DNA of 64,000 nucleotides from an uncultured Halieaceae bacterium (GCA_913045375.1 CAJWQE010000005.1:1829-65828), one strand, 5' to 3'; shown: positions 10,416 through 20,818, numbered from the stretch's first letter. The notes: generated from the sequence alone by a model not told the origin. Made by a program: numbers and translations.

Positions 10416-11843
10416 ATGAAGCAAGCGCTGCAGTTAAAGCTTGGCCAACAACTCACGCTGACACCTCAGCTTCAGCAGGCTATTAAGCTCCTTCAACTTA
10501 GCACCCTAGATCTTCAGCAGACCATTTCAGAAACACTCGAGAGCAATCCACTTCTAGACGAAGAGGAGCTGATTGCCGAACCTATCGATGACGATATACG
10601 CGAGAGCGTCGACTTCTCAGATAGCGTCAGCGACGCCGTTCCAGGGACGGAGCTCCAAGTTGATGCCGCATGGGAAGACGTCATGCCTTCTGCCGCCCCC
10701 CCCTCTTCAGGGATGAGTGCAGGATCGGATGATCTGGCTTTTGCAGAGCGTGATTCATTACCCGAGACACTCCAATCGCACCTATTGTGGCAGCTGAATC
10801 TGACTCGCTTTTCCGAGACTGACCACGCCATTGCCCTAGCGTTCATCGACGCTGTCGACAGTGAAGGCAGACTGACCCAGACCCCGGAACAAATCCATGC
10901 TGGATTGGCGCTTGATGACGTCGAAATGGATGAGGTCATGGCGGTCTTGCACCGGCTGCAACACTTCGAGCCCACCGGGGTCTTCGCCACAGACCTGAGA
11001 GAATGCCTATTGATTCAACTCCGACAGATGTCTGTCGACACACCACACCGAGATACAGCCGGCTTACTGGTAAGTCGACACATAGAGCAAATTCCGGTGG
11101 CTGATCCAAAGAATCTCGCGCGCCGGATGCGAACCACGCCCGAGGATATTCTCGGAGCCCTTACACTGATCCGAACGCTCAACCCAACGCCCGGATCAAC
11201 GGTTGCCACTGAGGCTACGGAGTACATCGTTCCTGACGTTTTTGTAAAACGCGCGGAAGGAAAGTGGCGCGTCGAGCTCAACCCCGATATTGCACCCAAA
11301 TTACGCATTAACGATCACTACGCGGATCTACTCAGTGCCGGCTCGTCGGCTGACAGAGACTACGCGCGGACCAGCATGCAAGAAGCGAAGTGGTTCATTA
11401 AAAGCCTGATGAGTCGCAACGAGACGCTACTCAAAGTGGCGTCGTCCATTGTCCAGCATCAACGTGCTTTTTTGGATCACGGCGAAGAGGCCATGCGCCC
11501 ACTTATTCTGGCCGACATTGCGGGAGAGGTGGACCTCCACGAGTCCACGGTTTCCCGGGCAACCACTCGGAAGTATATGCACACGCCACGCGGCATCTAC
11601 GAGTTGAAATATTTCTTCTCGAGTCACGTGGCCACCACTGAGGGAGGTGAGTGCTCATCAACAGCCATCAAGGCGCTAATCAAGCGCATCGTGGCTGCGG
11701 AAAACCCTCAAAAACCCTGGAGCGACGCAAAACTCTGCACTCTATTGGCAGACGAAGGCGTCGTAGTCGCTCGACGTACGGTTGCGAAGTACCGAGAGCA
11801 AATGAACATAGGACCATCTAACGAGAGAAAGCGGTTTATTTGA
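10416..11843 (+). CDS. rpoN: RNA polymerase sigma-54 factor
   Basis: 475 aa. N-terminus MKQALQLKLGQQLTLTPQLQQAIKLLQLS. RpoN box ARRTVAKYRE near the C-terminus. Confidence 0.96.
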   Translation: MKQALQLKLGQQLTLTPQLQQAIKLLQLSTLDLQQTISETLESNPLLDEEELIAEPIDDDIRESVDFSDSVSDAVPGTELQVDAAWEDVMPSAAPPSSGMSAGSDDLAFAERDSLPETLQSHLLWQLNLTRFSETDHAIALAFIDAVDSEGRLTQTPEQIHAGLALDDVEMDEVMAVLHRLQHFEPTGVFATDLRECLLIQLRQMSVDTPHRDTAGLLVSRHIEQIPVADPKNLARRMRTTPEDILGALTLIRTLNPTPGSTVATEATEYIVPDVFVKRAEGKWRVELNPDIAPKLRINDHYADLLSAGSSADRDYARTSMQEAKWFIKSLMSRNETLLKVASSIVQHQRAFLDHGEEAMRPLILADIAGEVDLHESTVSRATTRKYMHTPRGIYELKYFFSSHVATTEGGECSSTAIKALIKRIVAAENPQKPWSDAKLCTLLADEGVVVARRTVAKYREQMNIGPSNERKRFI

Positions 11844-11869
11844 TTATTGAAACGACAGGAGATTAGGCC

Positions 11870-12157
11870 ATGCGATTGACCATCAGTGGACATCACGTAG
11901 AAGTAACCGACGGACTAAGGGAGCACATCTCCAAAAAACTAAGACGAGTGCAGCGGCACTGCGACACGATCGATCACATAGAATTTGTTTTGGTTGTGGA
12001 GCGGGCTAAGCACAAAGCGGAAGCAAATCTTCACCTCGCCGGAGCTGACTTCTTCGCATCCGAGACATTATCTGACATGTATCCGGCTATCGACTCGGTC
12101 ATTGATAAACTCGACCGGCAAGTCACGGATCACAAACGTAAACAACGAACTCACTAA
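11870..12157 (+). CDS. hpf: Ribosome hibernation promoting factor (short HPF/YhbH type)
   Basis: 95 aa, MRLTISGHHVEVTDGLREHISKKL... Conserved position after rpoN. Confidence 0.9.
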   Translation: MRLTISGHHVEVTDGLREHISKKLRRVQRHCDTIDHIEFVLVVERAKHKAEANLHLAGADFFASETLSDMYPAIDSVIDKLDRQVTDHKRKQRTH

Positions 12158-12206
12158 AACACACAACGGATCAAGCGATGTTTGCTTGGTCGGTATATAC
12201 TTCGGG

Positions 12207-12229
12207 GGTCGGCTTTTGCCGGCCTTTTT
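12207..12229 (+). terminator. Putative rho-independent terminator after hpf
   Basis: The stem ggtcggc / gccggcc has 7 bp including one G-U pair, with a tttt loop, and is followed by ttttt (12225-12229). Confidence 0.45.
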
Positions 12230-12304
12230 AATTGGGCTGGCTTTAACATGCAGTGCTCGCCTACCGCTGAGTCAGAGCGAGCACGAGAGCACGAGAGCAA
12301 GACC

Positions 12305-13165
12305 ATGCGAACGATTATTGTCAGTGGCACCTCCGGGTCGGGTAAAAGTTCAGCCCTTAACCAGCTGGAAGACCTAGGCTATTACTGCGTAGATAACCTC
12401 CCCATCGCACTCGTTAGCTTTCTTATTGAGCATTTCTCGCAACAGTCGTCAGCTACCCACAAGGGTTTAGCAATCTGCATCGATATCAGGACCGAGTACG
12501 CGGGGGTTACCGACTTCAGGGACTATCTGAAAACACTTCGCGAGGGCTTGGAACTACAACTCATCTTCTTTGATGCGACTTCGCAGGCATTGAGCAAACG
12601 CTTTAACGAGACCCGTCGGAAACACCCGCTGAGTAAAGACGGTCGTTCGCTGAGCGAGGCCATTGCAGCGGAGAGGGAGCTTTTGGAACCTCTGGCATCC
12701 GCCGCTGATCTCATTATTGATACCAGCGAGATGTCGCCCTACCAGCAACGAGAACTTGTGACCGAGCGCGTCGATGCGGCTGACACCAACTCGCTGTCGA
12801 TTCAGGTTCAATCCTTTGGATTCAAAAAAGGTGCGCCCGTTGATGCCGATATTGTCCTGGATATGCGCATGCTGGCTAACCCACATTGGGAGCCCGAGTT
12901 ACGGGCCTCTACAGGACAAGCACCAGGCGTGATCGAGTTTCTCGAGAGCCACGATCAAACGCACGAGGTTGCAAAAGACCTTATCGACATGCTGATTCGC
13001 TGGGTGCCCATGTACAAGGCAAGTCAGCGAGCCTACCTGAGCATTGCCATAGGCTGCACAGGCGGCAAACATCGCTCGGTCTATATGACAGAGCGTGTCG
13101 GAAAGGCGCTCGCCGAGCAGTTCTCAAGCGTGACAGTACTGCACCGAGATATGCCGCGATCATAG
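12305..13165 (+). CDS. rapZ: RNase adapter protein RapZ (YhbJ), P-loop
   Basis: The RapZ N-terminus MRTIIVSGTSGSGKSSAL starts at the ATG at 12305. The track ORF start at 12182 adds 41 residues with no resemblance to RapZ and spans the hpf terminator. The C-terminal motif GCTGGKHRSV is present. Confidence 0.9.
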   Translation: MRTIIVSGTSGSGKSSALNQLEDLGYYCVDNLPIALVSFLIEHFSQQSSATHKGLAICIDIRTEYAGVTDFRDYLKTLREGLELQLIFFDATSQALSKRFNETRRKHPLSKDGRSLSEAIAAERELLEPLASAADLIIDTSEMSPYQQRELVTERVDAADTNSLSIQVQSFGFKKGAPVDADIVLDMRMLANPHWEPELRASTGQAPGVIEFLESHDQTHEVAKDLIDMLIRWVPMYKASQRAYLSIAIGCTGGKHRSVYMTERVGKALAEQFSSVTVLHRDMPRS

Positions 13166-13247
13166 ATCGCTCTCTGGTGGTATTTGTTCGTAGGGTGAAA
13201 ACGGGCAAGCGGTGTTACCCTTCACGCGCGATTGAGAGGGACACACG

Positions 13248-14597
13248 ATGGTTGATATGAGCGCACAAGCAAGCATTGCAGTGACTCGCGTCACCGATGC
13301 GTTGCGCTCGGGTACGCCCTCGGATGTCGCGTCGCTGCTGGCAGACATGTCGCCCGGTGACATCGCTCACCTCATCAGTTCCTCGCCTCCAACCACCCGC
13401 GATGAGCTTTGGGAATTGCTCGATCACGAACAGGAAGCAGACGTCCTCAATGAACTGCCCGATGACATTCGGAATAACTTCCTGGCGGAACTGCAACCCG
13501 AGGCAGTCGCCGAACTCATTGTCCAGCTAGATGACGATGATGTTGCGGACATTCTTCATGAGCTGCCTCAGGCTGATACAGACCGAATTCTTGACTCGCT
13601 AACAGAGTACGATCGTGAGCGTTTTGAAACGGTACTCAGCTACCCCGACGACGTTGCGGGCGGATTGATGAGCACCGACACGCTTACGATCCGAGCTGAT
13701 CTGACAATGGACGTGGTCCTGCGCTACCTGAGACGTCATACGCGACTTCCTGAGAACACTGATAGCCTTATTGTCGTCAACCGCGATGATAAGTACGTAG
13801 GACTGTTACCGGTCAGGACGCTCCTCGTCTCGGATCCACATACTTCCGTGCGAGAGATGATGAAGACCGAGCGTGAACCACTTGACGCCATGACTTCCGC
13901 TGACGAGGTTGCGCGTCGTTTTGAACGAAATGACTGGATCTCCGCGCCCGTGGTTGACCCCGATGGTAAATTGATTGGTCGAATTACCATTGATGACGTG
14001 GTTGACGTGATTCGTGAGCAAGCCGACCACAGCCTGGCAGTGATGGCAGGTCTCGGTGACGGCGACGCATTTACGCCTGTACTAAGTACCGCACCTCAGC
14101 GGGCCATTTGGCTTGCGATTAACCTGGCGACAGCCATCCTCGCAGCATCCGTCATTGGGCTCTTCCAGGACACGATTGAGAAAGTTGTTGCGCTTGCAGT
14201 GTTGATGCCCATCGTTGCCTCGATGGGCGGCATCGCTGGGACACAAAGCCTGACGGTCCTCATTCGTGCGATGGCCATGGGTCAGATTAACGATCGAACG
14301 GAAATTTGGTTGGTGCGACGAGAAATTCTTGTGTCACTCATCAATGGTCTATTGTGGGCAGCAGTCATTGCCGTCATCGCTTCCTATTGGTTCAGTGACA
14401 TACGACTCGGAATGATTATTGCCTTCGCGATTGTGATTAACCTGATAACTGCGGGTATTGCTGGCGCGTCTCTACCGCTGCTCTTGGATCGATTAGATAT
14501 AGACCCTGCGCTCGCCGGAGGTGTGGTCCTCACCACCATCACTGATGTTGTTGGATTCTTTGCGTTTCTCGGTCTAGCGGCTTACTTCTACGGTTGA
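13248..14597 (+). CDS. mgtE: Magnesium transporter MgtE
   Basis: 449 aa with an N-domain, a CBS pair and C-terminal TM helices. Includes MPIVASMGGIAGTQS and the terminal DVVGFFAFLGLA. Confidence 0.92.
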   Translation: MVDMSAQASIAVTRVTDALRSGTPSDVASLLADMSPGDIAHLISSSPPTTRDELWELLDHEQEADVLNELPDDIRNNFLAELQPEAVAELIVQLDDDDVADILHELPQADTDRILDSLTEYDRERFETVLSYPDDVAGGLMSTDTLTIRADLTMDVVLRYLRRHTRLPENTDSLIVVNRDDKYVGLLPVRTLLVSDPHTSVREMMKTEREPLDAMTSADEVARRFERNDWISAPVVDPDGKLIGRITIDDVVDVIREQADHSLAVMAGLGDGDAFTPVLSTAPQRAIWLAINLATAILAASVIGLFQDTIEKVVALAVLMPIVASMGGIAGTQSLTVLIRAMAMGQINDRTEIWLVRREILVSLINGLLWAAVIAVIASYWFSDIRLGMIIAFAIVINLITAGIAGASLPLLLDRLDIDPALAGGVVLTTITDVVGFFAFLGLAAYFYG

Positions 14598-14603
14598 ATC
14601 GCG

Positions 14604-15131
14604 ATGTCTGACGATTTCCTTGAGGAAGATGATGACGGCTTGATCGAGAGTAAAAGTGCTCGAAAGCGTCAAATGCATGCCCTTCAAAACCTGGGAGAAC
14701 AGTTAGTCGATCTCTCGGCGGCACAACTAGCAAAACTCAATATTGATAACGAGGCGCTGATCGAAGCGGTGCAATTGGCCCAACGAATATCGCATCGCAG
14801 CGGTAGACGCCGGCAAATGCAGTTTATCGGCAAACTTATGCGCAGCGCGGATGCGGAGCAGATTGCGGATGCGCTCGATGCCCTTCACGAAACATCGCGG
14901 AAGGCAAAGGCACAAGAGCGCGTTATCGAGGGTGCTAGAGATGCGCTGCTCGCCAGAGGCGACGAGGCGCTACCAGAGGTTCTCGCCATTTGGCCTCACG
15001 GTGATCGGCAATTAATCAGACAGCTCACTCGCAGCGCACACGAAGAGCGACAACGGGATCAGTCACCCACGTCATCGAGAAAACTCTTTCGTTATTTGCG
15101 CTCACTCTCCGAAGCGTTGGCTGAAGACTGA
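14604..15131 (+). CDS. yjgA: Ribosome-associated protein YjgA/DarP (DUF615)
   Basis: 175 aa, SKSARKRQMHALQNLGEQLVDLS...RRRQMQFIGKLMR, which is the characteristic YjgA pattern. Its 3' end overlaps the convergent yhdP by about 40 nt. Confidence 0.82.
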   Translation: MSDDFLEEDDDGLIESKSARKRQMHALQNLGEQLVDLSAAQLAKLNIDNEALIEAVQLAQRISHRSGRRRQMQFIGKLMRSADAEQIADALDALHETSRKAKAQERVIEGARDALLARGDEALPEVLAIWPHGDRQLIRQLTRSAHEERQRDQSPTSSRKLFRYLRSLSEALAED

Positions 15132-18100
15132 CCTTCCGCCGCACCATTGTCTCTACTCGACGATAATTTGGCGTCGAATACGCGGACAAATTTAACCTCT
15201 GGCGAGCTCACGGGCCCGCTCACTGAGTACACGCCACTGGACAGACTCTTCATTTGGTCCTCAAAGACCTTACTTGCAAGATAGGCTCCCGCAGCAATGG
15301 GCAATCCACCGGCCAAGGCTGCTACCCACGGAATGTTGTCGACCAGCGGCAACGTAACAACCAGCTCAGCATCTATGTTCTCTGAGTCCATGCTGTACAG
15401 TCCACCCAAGGTCAATCTACCCCCACCATTTCGAATGGCGAATTCATTAATGGTGACCTCACCACGACTGAGGGAGAAATCGCCACTCGCGCGATCAAAT
15501 GTCAGCCCCGGATCAAACAGCTGATTCACATTCGCCCGCTGAACAAGACCAGCCAAGTTAAATACCCCAATAAAGCGGAGGGGGTCTGTGGCCTGCGACG
15601 GCACTGGCAGGAATGACCCCGATGTGAGTTGAAGCTCAAGGTCCCCAGTCACTTGATTCGCTTGAAAATCGGTTGGTGCGCCGGGCCACTCAACGTCACC
15701 CACGACTCTACCCGACGAGAAGTCAACGACCGACTTTGCATCAAGGAGCGTCAACGCCTCGCCAGCACTGGGCAGTGTCAAATCAAGCGAGGCGCGCGTG
15801 GTCGAACCGTCGCCTCTTCGCCAGCTAAATTGACTCTCTGGCCCAAAGGTCACGCCATCCAGACTCCCATCAAATTGGGCCAACTCAACACTCGATTCCG
15901 AGATCGATGCGTCGAAAGAGAGCGAACCCAGGTCTTGCCCTTCAAACATCAGAGAATCAACAGCGATCTGCATCGCCGGCCAGGAAGCCGCAGCTGGGTT
16001 GTCCGATTCGACATCCAACGTCGCGACATTGATGGTTGGTAGTGAATCGAGAGAGAGCGACTCAATCTGGATATTCAGCTGCGCTTCAGGGCCATCGAAG
16101 TCAATTTGTGCCTTGATAAAATCGCCGGCAAGGCCCAATGATGTTAGTCCTCCCTCGTACTGCCCCGTGGAGGAGAACGCACCAAAATCTGTCTCACCTA
16201 ACGCGAGCCGGTCCACGGAAAAATCACGCCAGACAATCGCCGGGAGACCCGGGTTGCCGCCGCTTCTGAAGCGGGCTTGTGTGTCTGCCCAAGCGCTGAT
16301 ATCGAGCTCTTCCAGACGGCCTGAAATAACCGTCGTACCTGCGTCAACGTCATCGAGTGTGAGCTCCGGTCTCACCTCCCCGATCGAGGCCAATGCCCGC
16401 CATGTATCCTCGGTGTCTTGCGCTATTGCGAGAGACAGATTGTTTGAATACGTGGCATCGATGGACAGTGCATCAGAAATTCTCAGGTCGATGTCCAGCG
16501 ATTCGCTTTGCTCCCGCGCTTTGTTAAATGGGGGGGGAAGACCGACGGCCAAACCATCGAGGTCAGAAGCAATGTTGAGCGCCACGCCCTCTCCGGCCTG
16601 AAACACGATATCGAAGGCTGAACTGCCGTCGAGCAAGCCGTCAGGAACGGTAACACCCAACAGCCGATTGACATCGGCCCCTCCGAGGCGCGCGGAAGTG
16701 GCGATGGAGAAGCCTTTTTGAGATAACCCCAAATCGTTCGCATCGAGGTTCAGATCAAGAAGGATGTCTTGATTTTCAAAGCGCGCTGCCAGCGAGCCAT
16801 CCGCAATACCTCGAGGGTACTCATACACAAACTCACCCTTAACCCGCTCTAGCTTTATAGGAGGAGTGGGGACGGACACGGTGGCCTCGCTGACTTCAAC
16901 CCTCGTGGAGATGGTAGGGATTTTCGGTGCACCCTTAATGGGTATCGAGAGATCGAAATAACCGCGAACTCGACCATCGACCGTGAGATCTCGTAACTCA
17001 CTAGCCACTCGCTCAGGTACGTAAGGAATACCAGCAACCTGCTCAACTGCAACCGGCAATGTGCCATCGATCGTAGCCTGCGCCGTCAGCATGCGAATGG
17101 TGTCCCGTTTACCTACTTGGACAAGCCCTTCGCTGATATCCAGACCACCAACCAATGCCGAATCCACATCGAATGTCACCAGCCCGTTATCAATCCCAAC
17201 ATGGCCGATGAGCGACTCCGCGGGAGGCAGCCCCGGCATCATGGTAACGGCATCAAGATCAGCTAAAGCTGACAGCTGAATGGATCTGAGCGGAAAATCG
17301 ACCTTACGGACTCCACCCCTCAGGATAAACCCGATCTGAGTTGCCTCACCCGTGCCAAGCGATGTTTGCATCCATCGATAGGCATCAGGGTCGATGGTCA
17401 TTGGTGTGAAGGCCAGTGCTCGCGATGCGGGAGCTCGACGAGAGCCAAGGACCACGTTAAGCGTTGGCGAACGACTGGATGCCTGTGAAAACGGAATTTC
17501 ACCCGTCAACAGGGCCATCGCCTCAAAATCGTCTGCTCGAGCGGCAGCGCGTCCATTTCTGATCACAACCTGATCATCGGTGAGACCAAAATCGATAACG
17601 GCATTTACATTCCCCAGTTGCATGGGGTCAGGGAATTGCGTGGGAATCCCCAGCGTTAAATCGCTGCTATTGATCTGTAGTTGACCAGCATTGCCGGATA
17701 GCCTTAGCGAGCCTGAAAGTCCGCTGATGCCCGGAAAAGGCGTGTCTTCCTGTACGAAAATATCATCAAAATCTACCGCCACCCGCTGAATAGATTCATC
17801 AGAGAGCGAACCACTAAGGCTGAGGGCATTGATGGTCCCTGAGATCGATGCGGCCACCAAAGGCTCTCTCGCAGAGTCTGGAATCAGGCCAGCCTCTAGT
17901 AATAGCTCCGCGCTGGAGGCCAAATCCAGGTCATTGACCAGAAGCTCCCAGCCAGTGGTCGTTAAACCCACGTTAATATCATTAAACTGGACGGGGCCTT
18001 GCTCAAGTGTCACCGCTGCCTGAGCGATGTTGACCCAGGACTGGTCGCTCTCCAATGTCGCCGTACCGTTCACTGAGAAGGCAATACTGGGTAGTCGTAC

Positions 18101-18925
18101 ATCCGACGCAGGGAAAAGAGCGTCGCCCGTGACCTCAAAGACGGTACTTGCCTGTCCCGCTGACGCGTCGGTCCAAAAGAGAAGATCGCTAGTTCCCGAC
18201 ATATCTGCGCCAAAAAACTCCGATATCGACCCCATATCATCGGATGACACCCGCCCGCGCAGCGATCCGGTAAATCGAGACAAATCGAGGGGATTGCCTA
18301 TCCCCGCACCAACGATGCTGACTGTTAAACCGCCATCACCCGTCGCCAATAGCTGGAGTTTTCGGTCACTGCCATCTCGCCTAAGGTCAAGATCGACCAC
18401 AAGCTCCAGGGCTCGCTCGGTGTCAGACAGCTCGCGAAGCAAAGAGACCCGCATAGTTTCAAGCGCCAAACGTTCGATCTCAGTCGCAAAGACACTCGGG
18501 TCGATGGGTACAACAATACCGGTAGCTTCATTAGTTAATCTCGCGGGAATAGCGACATCACTTGCGCGCATCTCAGCGAGAATCAGCTGACGCTGTAACA
18601 GCGAACGCCAGGGGTTGAGCGTGACCTGAAGACGCCCGGCAGAAAATACACTGGTGGCGGTCTTCCTATTGCGGATATTCAGATCCTCGAGGGCCAGCTT
18701 GGGTCGAAAACCCTCCATTTCCGCGGTAATTCCACCAACCTGTGCATCAAAACCAGTACGAGACTCAATCTCAGCAACGAGTGAGGTTTTGACGGCGGGC
18801 AGCAACGGCACCAAGGCTGTGGCAAGGCTGACCACAACCGCAATCAAGACAAGAAGAGCAATGGCAGTGCGCCAAATCAAGCTTCCTAACGCACGATAGG
18901 CGCGCTCAAACACGGGGATCTCCAA
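15092..18925 (-). CDS. yhdP: YhdP-family (AsmA-like) large envelope protein
   Basis: 1277 aa with a single N-terminal TM and a long beta-rich periplasmic body. Its position after mreBCD-maf matches E. coli yhdP. Confidence 0.85.
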   Translation of the reverse strand: MEIPVFERAYRALGSLIWRTAIALLVLIAVVVSLATALVPLLPAVKTSLVAEIESRTGFDAQVGGITAEMEGFRPKLALEDLNIRNRKTATSVFSAGRLQVTLNPWRSLLQRQLILAEMRASDVAIPARLTNEATGIVVPIDPSVFATEIERLALETMRVSLLRELSDTERALELVVDLDLRRDGSDRKLQLLATGDGGLTVSIVGAGIGNPLDLSRFTGSLRGRVSSDDMGSISEFFGADMSGTSDLLFWTDASAGQASTVFEVTGDALFPASDVRLPSIAFSVNGTATLESDQSWVNIAQAAVTLEQGPVQFNDINVGLTTTGWELLVNDLDLASSAELLLEAGLIPDSAREPLVAASISGTINALSLSGSLSDESIQRVAVDFDDIFVQEDTPFPGISGLSGSLRLSGNAGQLQINSSDLTLGIPTQFPDPMQLGNVNAVIDFGLTDDQVVIRNGRAAARADDFEAMALLTGEIPFSQASSRSPTLNVVLGSRRAPASRALAFTPMTIDPDAYRWMQTSLGTGEATQIGFILRGGVRKVDFPLRSIQLSALADLDAVTMMPGLPPAESLIGHVGIDNGLVTFDVDSALVGGLDISEGLVQVGKRDTIRMLTAQATIDGTLPVAVEQVAGIPYVPERVASELRDLTVDGRVRGYFDLSIPIKGAPKIPTISTRVEVSEATVSVPTPPIKLERVKGEFVYEYPRGIADGSLAARFENQDILLDLNLDANDLGLSQKGFSIATSARLGGADVNRLLGVTVPDGLLDGSSAFDIVFQAGEGVALNIASDLDGLAVGLPPPFNKAREQSESLDIDLRISDALSIDATYSNNLSLAIAQDTEDTWRALASIGEVRPELTLDDVDAGTTVISGRLEELDISAWADTQARFRSGGNPGLPAIVWRDFSVDRLALGETDFGAFSSTGQYEGGLTSLGLAGDFIKAQIDFDGPEAQLNIQIESLSLDSLPTINVATLDVESDNPAAASWPAMQIAVDSLMFEGQDLGSLSFDASISESSVELAQFDGSLDGVTFGPESQFSWRRGDGSTTRASLDLTLPSAGEALTLLDAKSVVDFSSGRVVGDVEWPGAPTDFQANQVTGDLELQLTSGSFLPVPSQATDPLRFIGVFNLAGLVQRANVNQLFDPGLTFDRASGDFSLSRGEVTINEFAIRNGGGRLTLGGLYSMDSENIDAELVVTLPLVDNIPWVAALAGGLPIAAGAYLASKVFEDQMKSLSSGVYSVSGPVSSPEVKFVRVFDAKLSSSRDNGAAEGQSSANASESERK

Positions 18926-19484
18926 GGCTCGTCGTAATGCCGGCTGCCTCTAGCAACGTGCGAGTCTCAGTCAAGGGCAACCCCACCACACCGCTATAGC
19001 TTCCCTCTAGTCGCTTAACAAAACTCCCGGCCAAACCTTGAATGCCATAGGCCCCGGCCTTGTCCCAGGGCTCATCAGTCGACAGGTATTGTGCAATCAG
19101 CTTCGATGAGAGCTCAGCGAACTCAACGCGGGTAGTAATTAGCTCAGTTGTAACAACCACATCTGACATAAGCGTCACCGATGTCATCACCTCATGCGTT
19201 AGACCGCTTAATGAGCGCAACATTCCCTCAGCATCGGCAAAAGAGTCGGGTTTGTGCAACACGCGACCATGACACACAACCGTCGTATCGGCGCCGAGCA
19301 CCACACTACCCGGCACCCAGACCCTGGCCGCTTTTTCCGAGGACATGCGACAGACGTAGTCAGCAGGGAGCTCGTCGCAGAGCATTGCCTCGTCAATATC
19401 GGCGGCTTCACACTCGAAAGCGGGTACCAGCATACGCAAAAGTTCGCGCCGCCTAGGGCTGGCGCTGGCCAGAATGAGCCTCAT
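18906..19484 (-). CDS. maf: Maf-like nucleoside triphosphate pyrophosphatase
   Basis: 192 aa, MRLILASASPRRRELL...GADTTV...KAGAYGIQG. Confidence 0.92.
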   Translation of the reverse strand: MRLILASASPRRRELLRMLVPAFECEAADIDEAMLCDELPADYVCRMSSEKAARVWVPGSVVLGADTTVVCHGRVLHKPDSFADAEGMLRSLSGLTHEVMTSVTLMSDVVVTTELITTRVEFAELSSKLIAQYLSTDEPWDKAGAYGIQGLAGSFVKRLEGSYSGVVGLPLTETRTLLEAAGITTSLGDPRV

Positions 19485-19969
19485 AGCAGTTGCCCAATCC
19501 GGAAACGTGCGGTATCGATGAGCACGTTAAAAGGCCGCCACAGCAAGGCTGAAACAACGACCGCAATCAGATAACCAAGCCCATCAGGTGGCACGCCCAC
19601 AGCCGCTAGTACCACCCGCTGCAGTGCGACCGAAATGCCGAGTAGGAGAAAAATAACCGCCGTTTGCGATATCCAATCAAGCTGTCGAATGGTGTAAATA
19701 TTATGGAGCAAAACATAAGCCACTATCGACAGACCCATTGACGCGGCACCCACAGGCGAGCCTTCAATTAAGCTGATCAAAATACCCACTGAAAACGCAA
19801 AGATAATGCCCACTCGCGCGGGCGAGGACAAAACCCAGTAACAAACACAAAGCTCGAGCAATCGTGGCATGACTATCCGTAGCTCGATTGCATTCGCTGC
19901 TTGAAATAACAGGCCAGCCAGAATGACCGAGGCTATAACTGAAAAACCGATATTGCTCTCGTCTCTCAC
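19481..19969 (-). CDS. mreD: Rod shape-determining protein MreD
   Basis: 162 aa polytopic membrane protein, located between mreC and maf. Confidence 0.85.
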   Translation of the reverse strand: MRDESNIGFSVIASVILAGLLFQAANAIELRIVMPRLLELCVCYWVLSSPARVGIIFAFSVGILISLIEGSPVGAASMGLSIVAYVLLHNIYTIRQLDWISQTAVIFLLLGISVALQRVVLAAVGVPPDGLGYLIAVVVSALLWRPFNVLIDTARFRIGQLL

Positions 19970-19987
19970 GCCGCTACCTCATTCCGA

Positions 19988-20818
19988 CTAGGGCGCGTCA
20001 GTGGATGTAAGAATAAGTACGTGACTCTCGACATCCAAGGCAGCTGAAGTTTGGAGTGTCACTGACAAATAAGCAGCATCGCCAGAGGTCGTTGTCTCTC
20101 GGGTGCGGCCCACGGGATAGCCAGCAGGGAACCGCTCACCCAAACCGGACGTCACCCAGAGATCACCTGAACTCACGTCAGACGTGCTGGCAAGATTACG
20201 AATCACAAGTTGATCCAAACGACCCACGCCCTCTGCGATCGCTCGCTGCCCCGTACGATTATTCAAGACCGGAATACCGTGTTGCAGATCGGTGACCAAC
20301 AGGGCTCGGCTTGCCGTTCGACCCACTTGAACAATCTGGCCCATGACGCCCTCCGCGTTCAGAACCGGATGGCCAACATCGACCCCTTCATCCCGCCCTC
20401 GGTCCAGCGTAAGCAAATGGCGATTCACGTCAGGCGAAACAGCTACGATCCGAGCGACGGTCATGGTTGCATCCTCCGCAACCGGCGAGTTGAGTAGCGC
20501 GCGGTATCGCATATTCTCAGCGGTGAGAGCCTCCATGCGCTGGGCGCGCGCGCTCAGAATGAGATTTCTGTCCTCCAGCGCTTGAATTTGCTCACGCATG
20601 GACGCGCGACTTTCCAGATACTCTGCCGCCGTTTGAAAAAAACGCTTTGGGACGTCAAGGGTGTAGAAGGAGACCTCGGATAGGTCTGCGCCCAAACCTT
20701 CCACTTTTCCCATGATGGGAGAGTCGCGAAGAAACGCAACCAGCGCCCAAGCAATGCCCAGCACGACAAGGAGGCGGATCGTAAGGAAACGTGGCTTGGA
20801 GAAAAGGCTGCTGATGAT
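19988..20818 (-). CDS. mreC: Rod shape-determining protein MreC (start codon uncertain, possibly ATC)
   Basis: The track ORF starts at the GTG at 20764. The 18 in-frame codons upstream (IISSLFSKPRFLTIRLLV) align with the E. coli MreC N-terminus (PIFSRGPSLQIRLILAVL). They are preceded by GAGGA and contain no ATG, GTG, TTG or CTG. Confidence 0.85.
   Translation of the reverse strand: MISSLFSKPRFLTIRLLVVLGIAWALVAFLRDSPIMGKVEGLGADLSEVSFYTLDVPKRFFQTAAEYLESRASMREQIQALEDRNLILSARAQRMEALTAENMRYRALLNSPVAEDATMTVARIVAVSPDVNRHLLTLDRGRDEGVDVGHPVLNAEGVMGQIVQVGRTASRALLVTDLQHGIPVLNNRTGQRAIAEGVGRLDQLVIRNLASTSDVSSGDLWVTSGLGERFPAGYPVGRTRETTTSGDAAYLSVTLQTSAALDVESHVLILTSTDAP

Noticed and set aside
12182-12304. 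N-terminal extension of rapZ (track ORF start at 12182).
   Set aside because: The extension has no RapZ similarity and runs through the hpf terminator-like hairpin. The canonical RapZ N-terminus with the P-loop begins at the ATG at 12305.
13166-13247. A possible Mg2+ (M-box) riboswitch upstream of mgtE.
   Set aside because: The intergenic region is only 82 nt, much shorter than an M-box aptamer. I could fold only a weak 5-bp stem.
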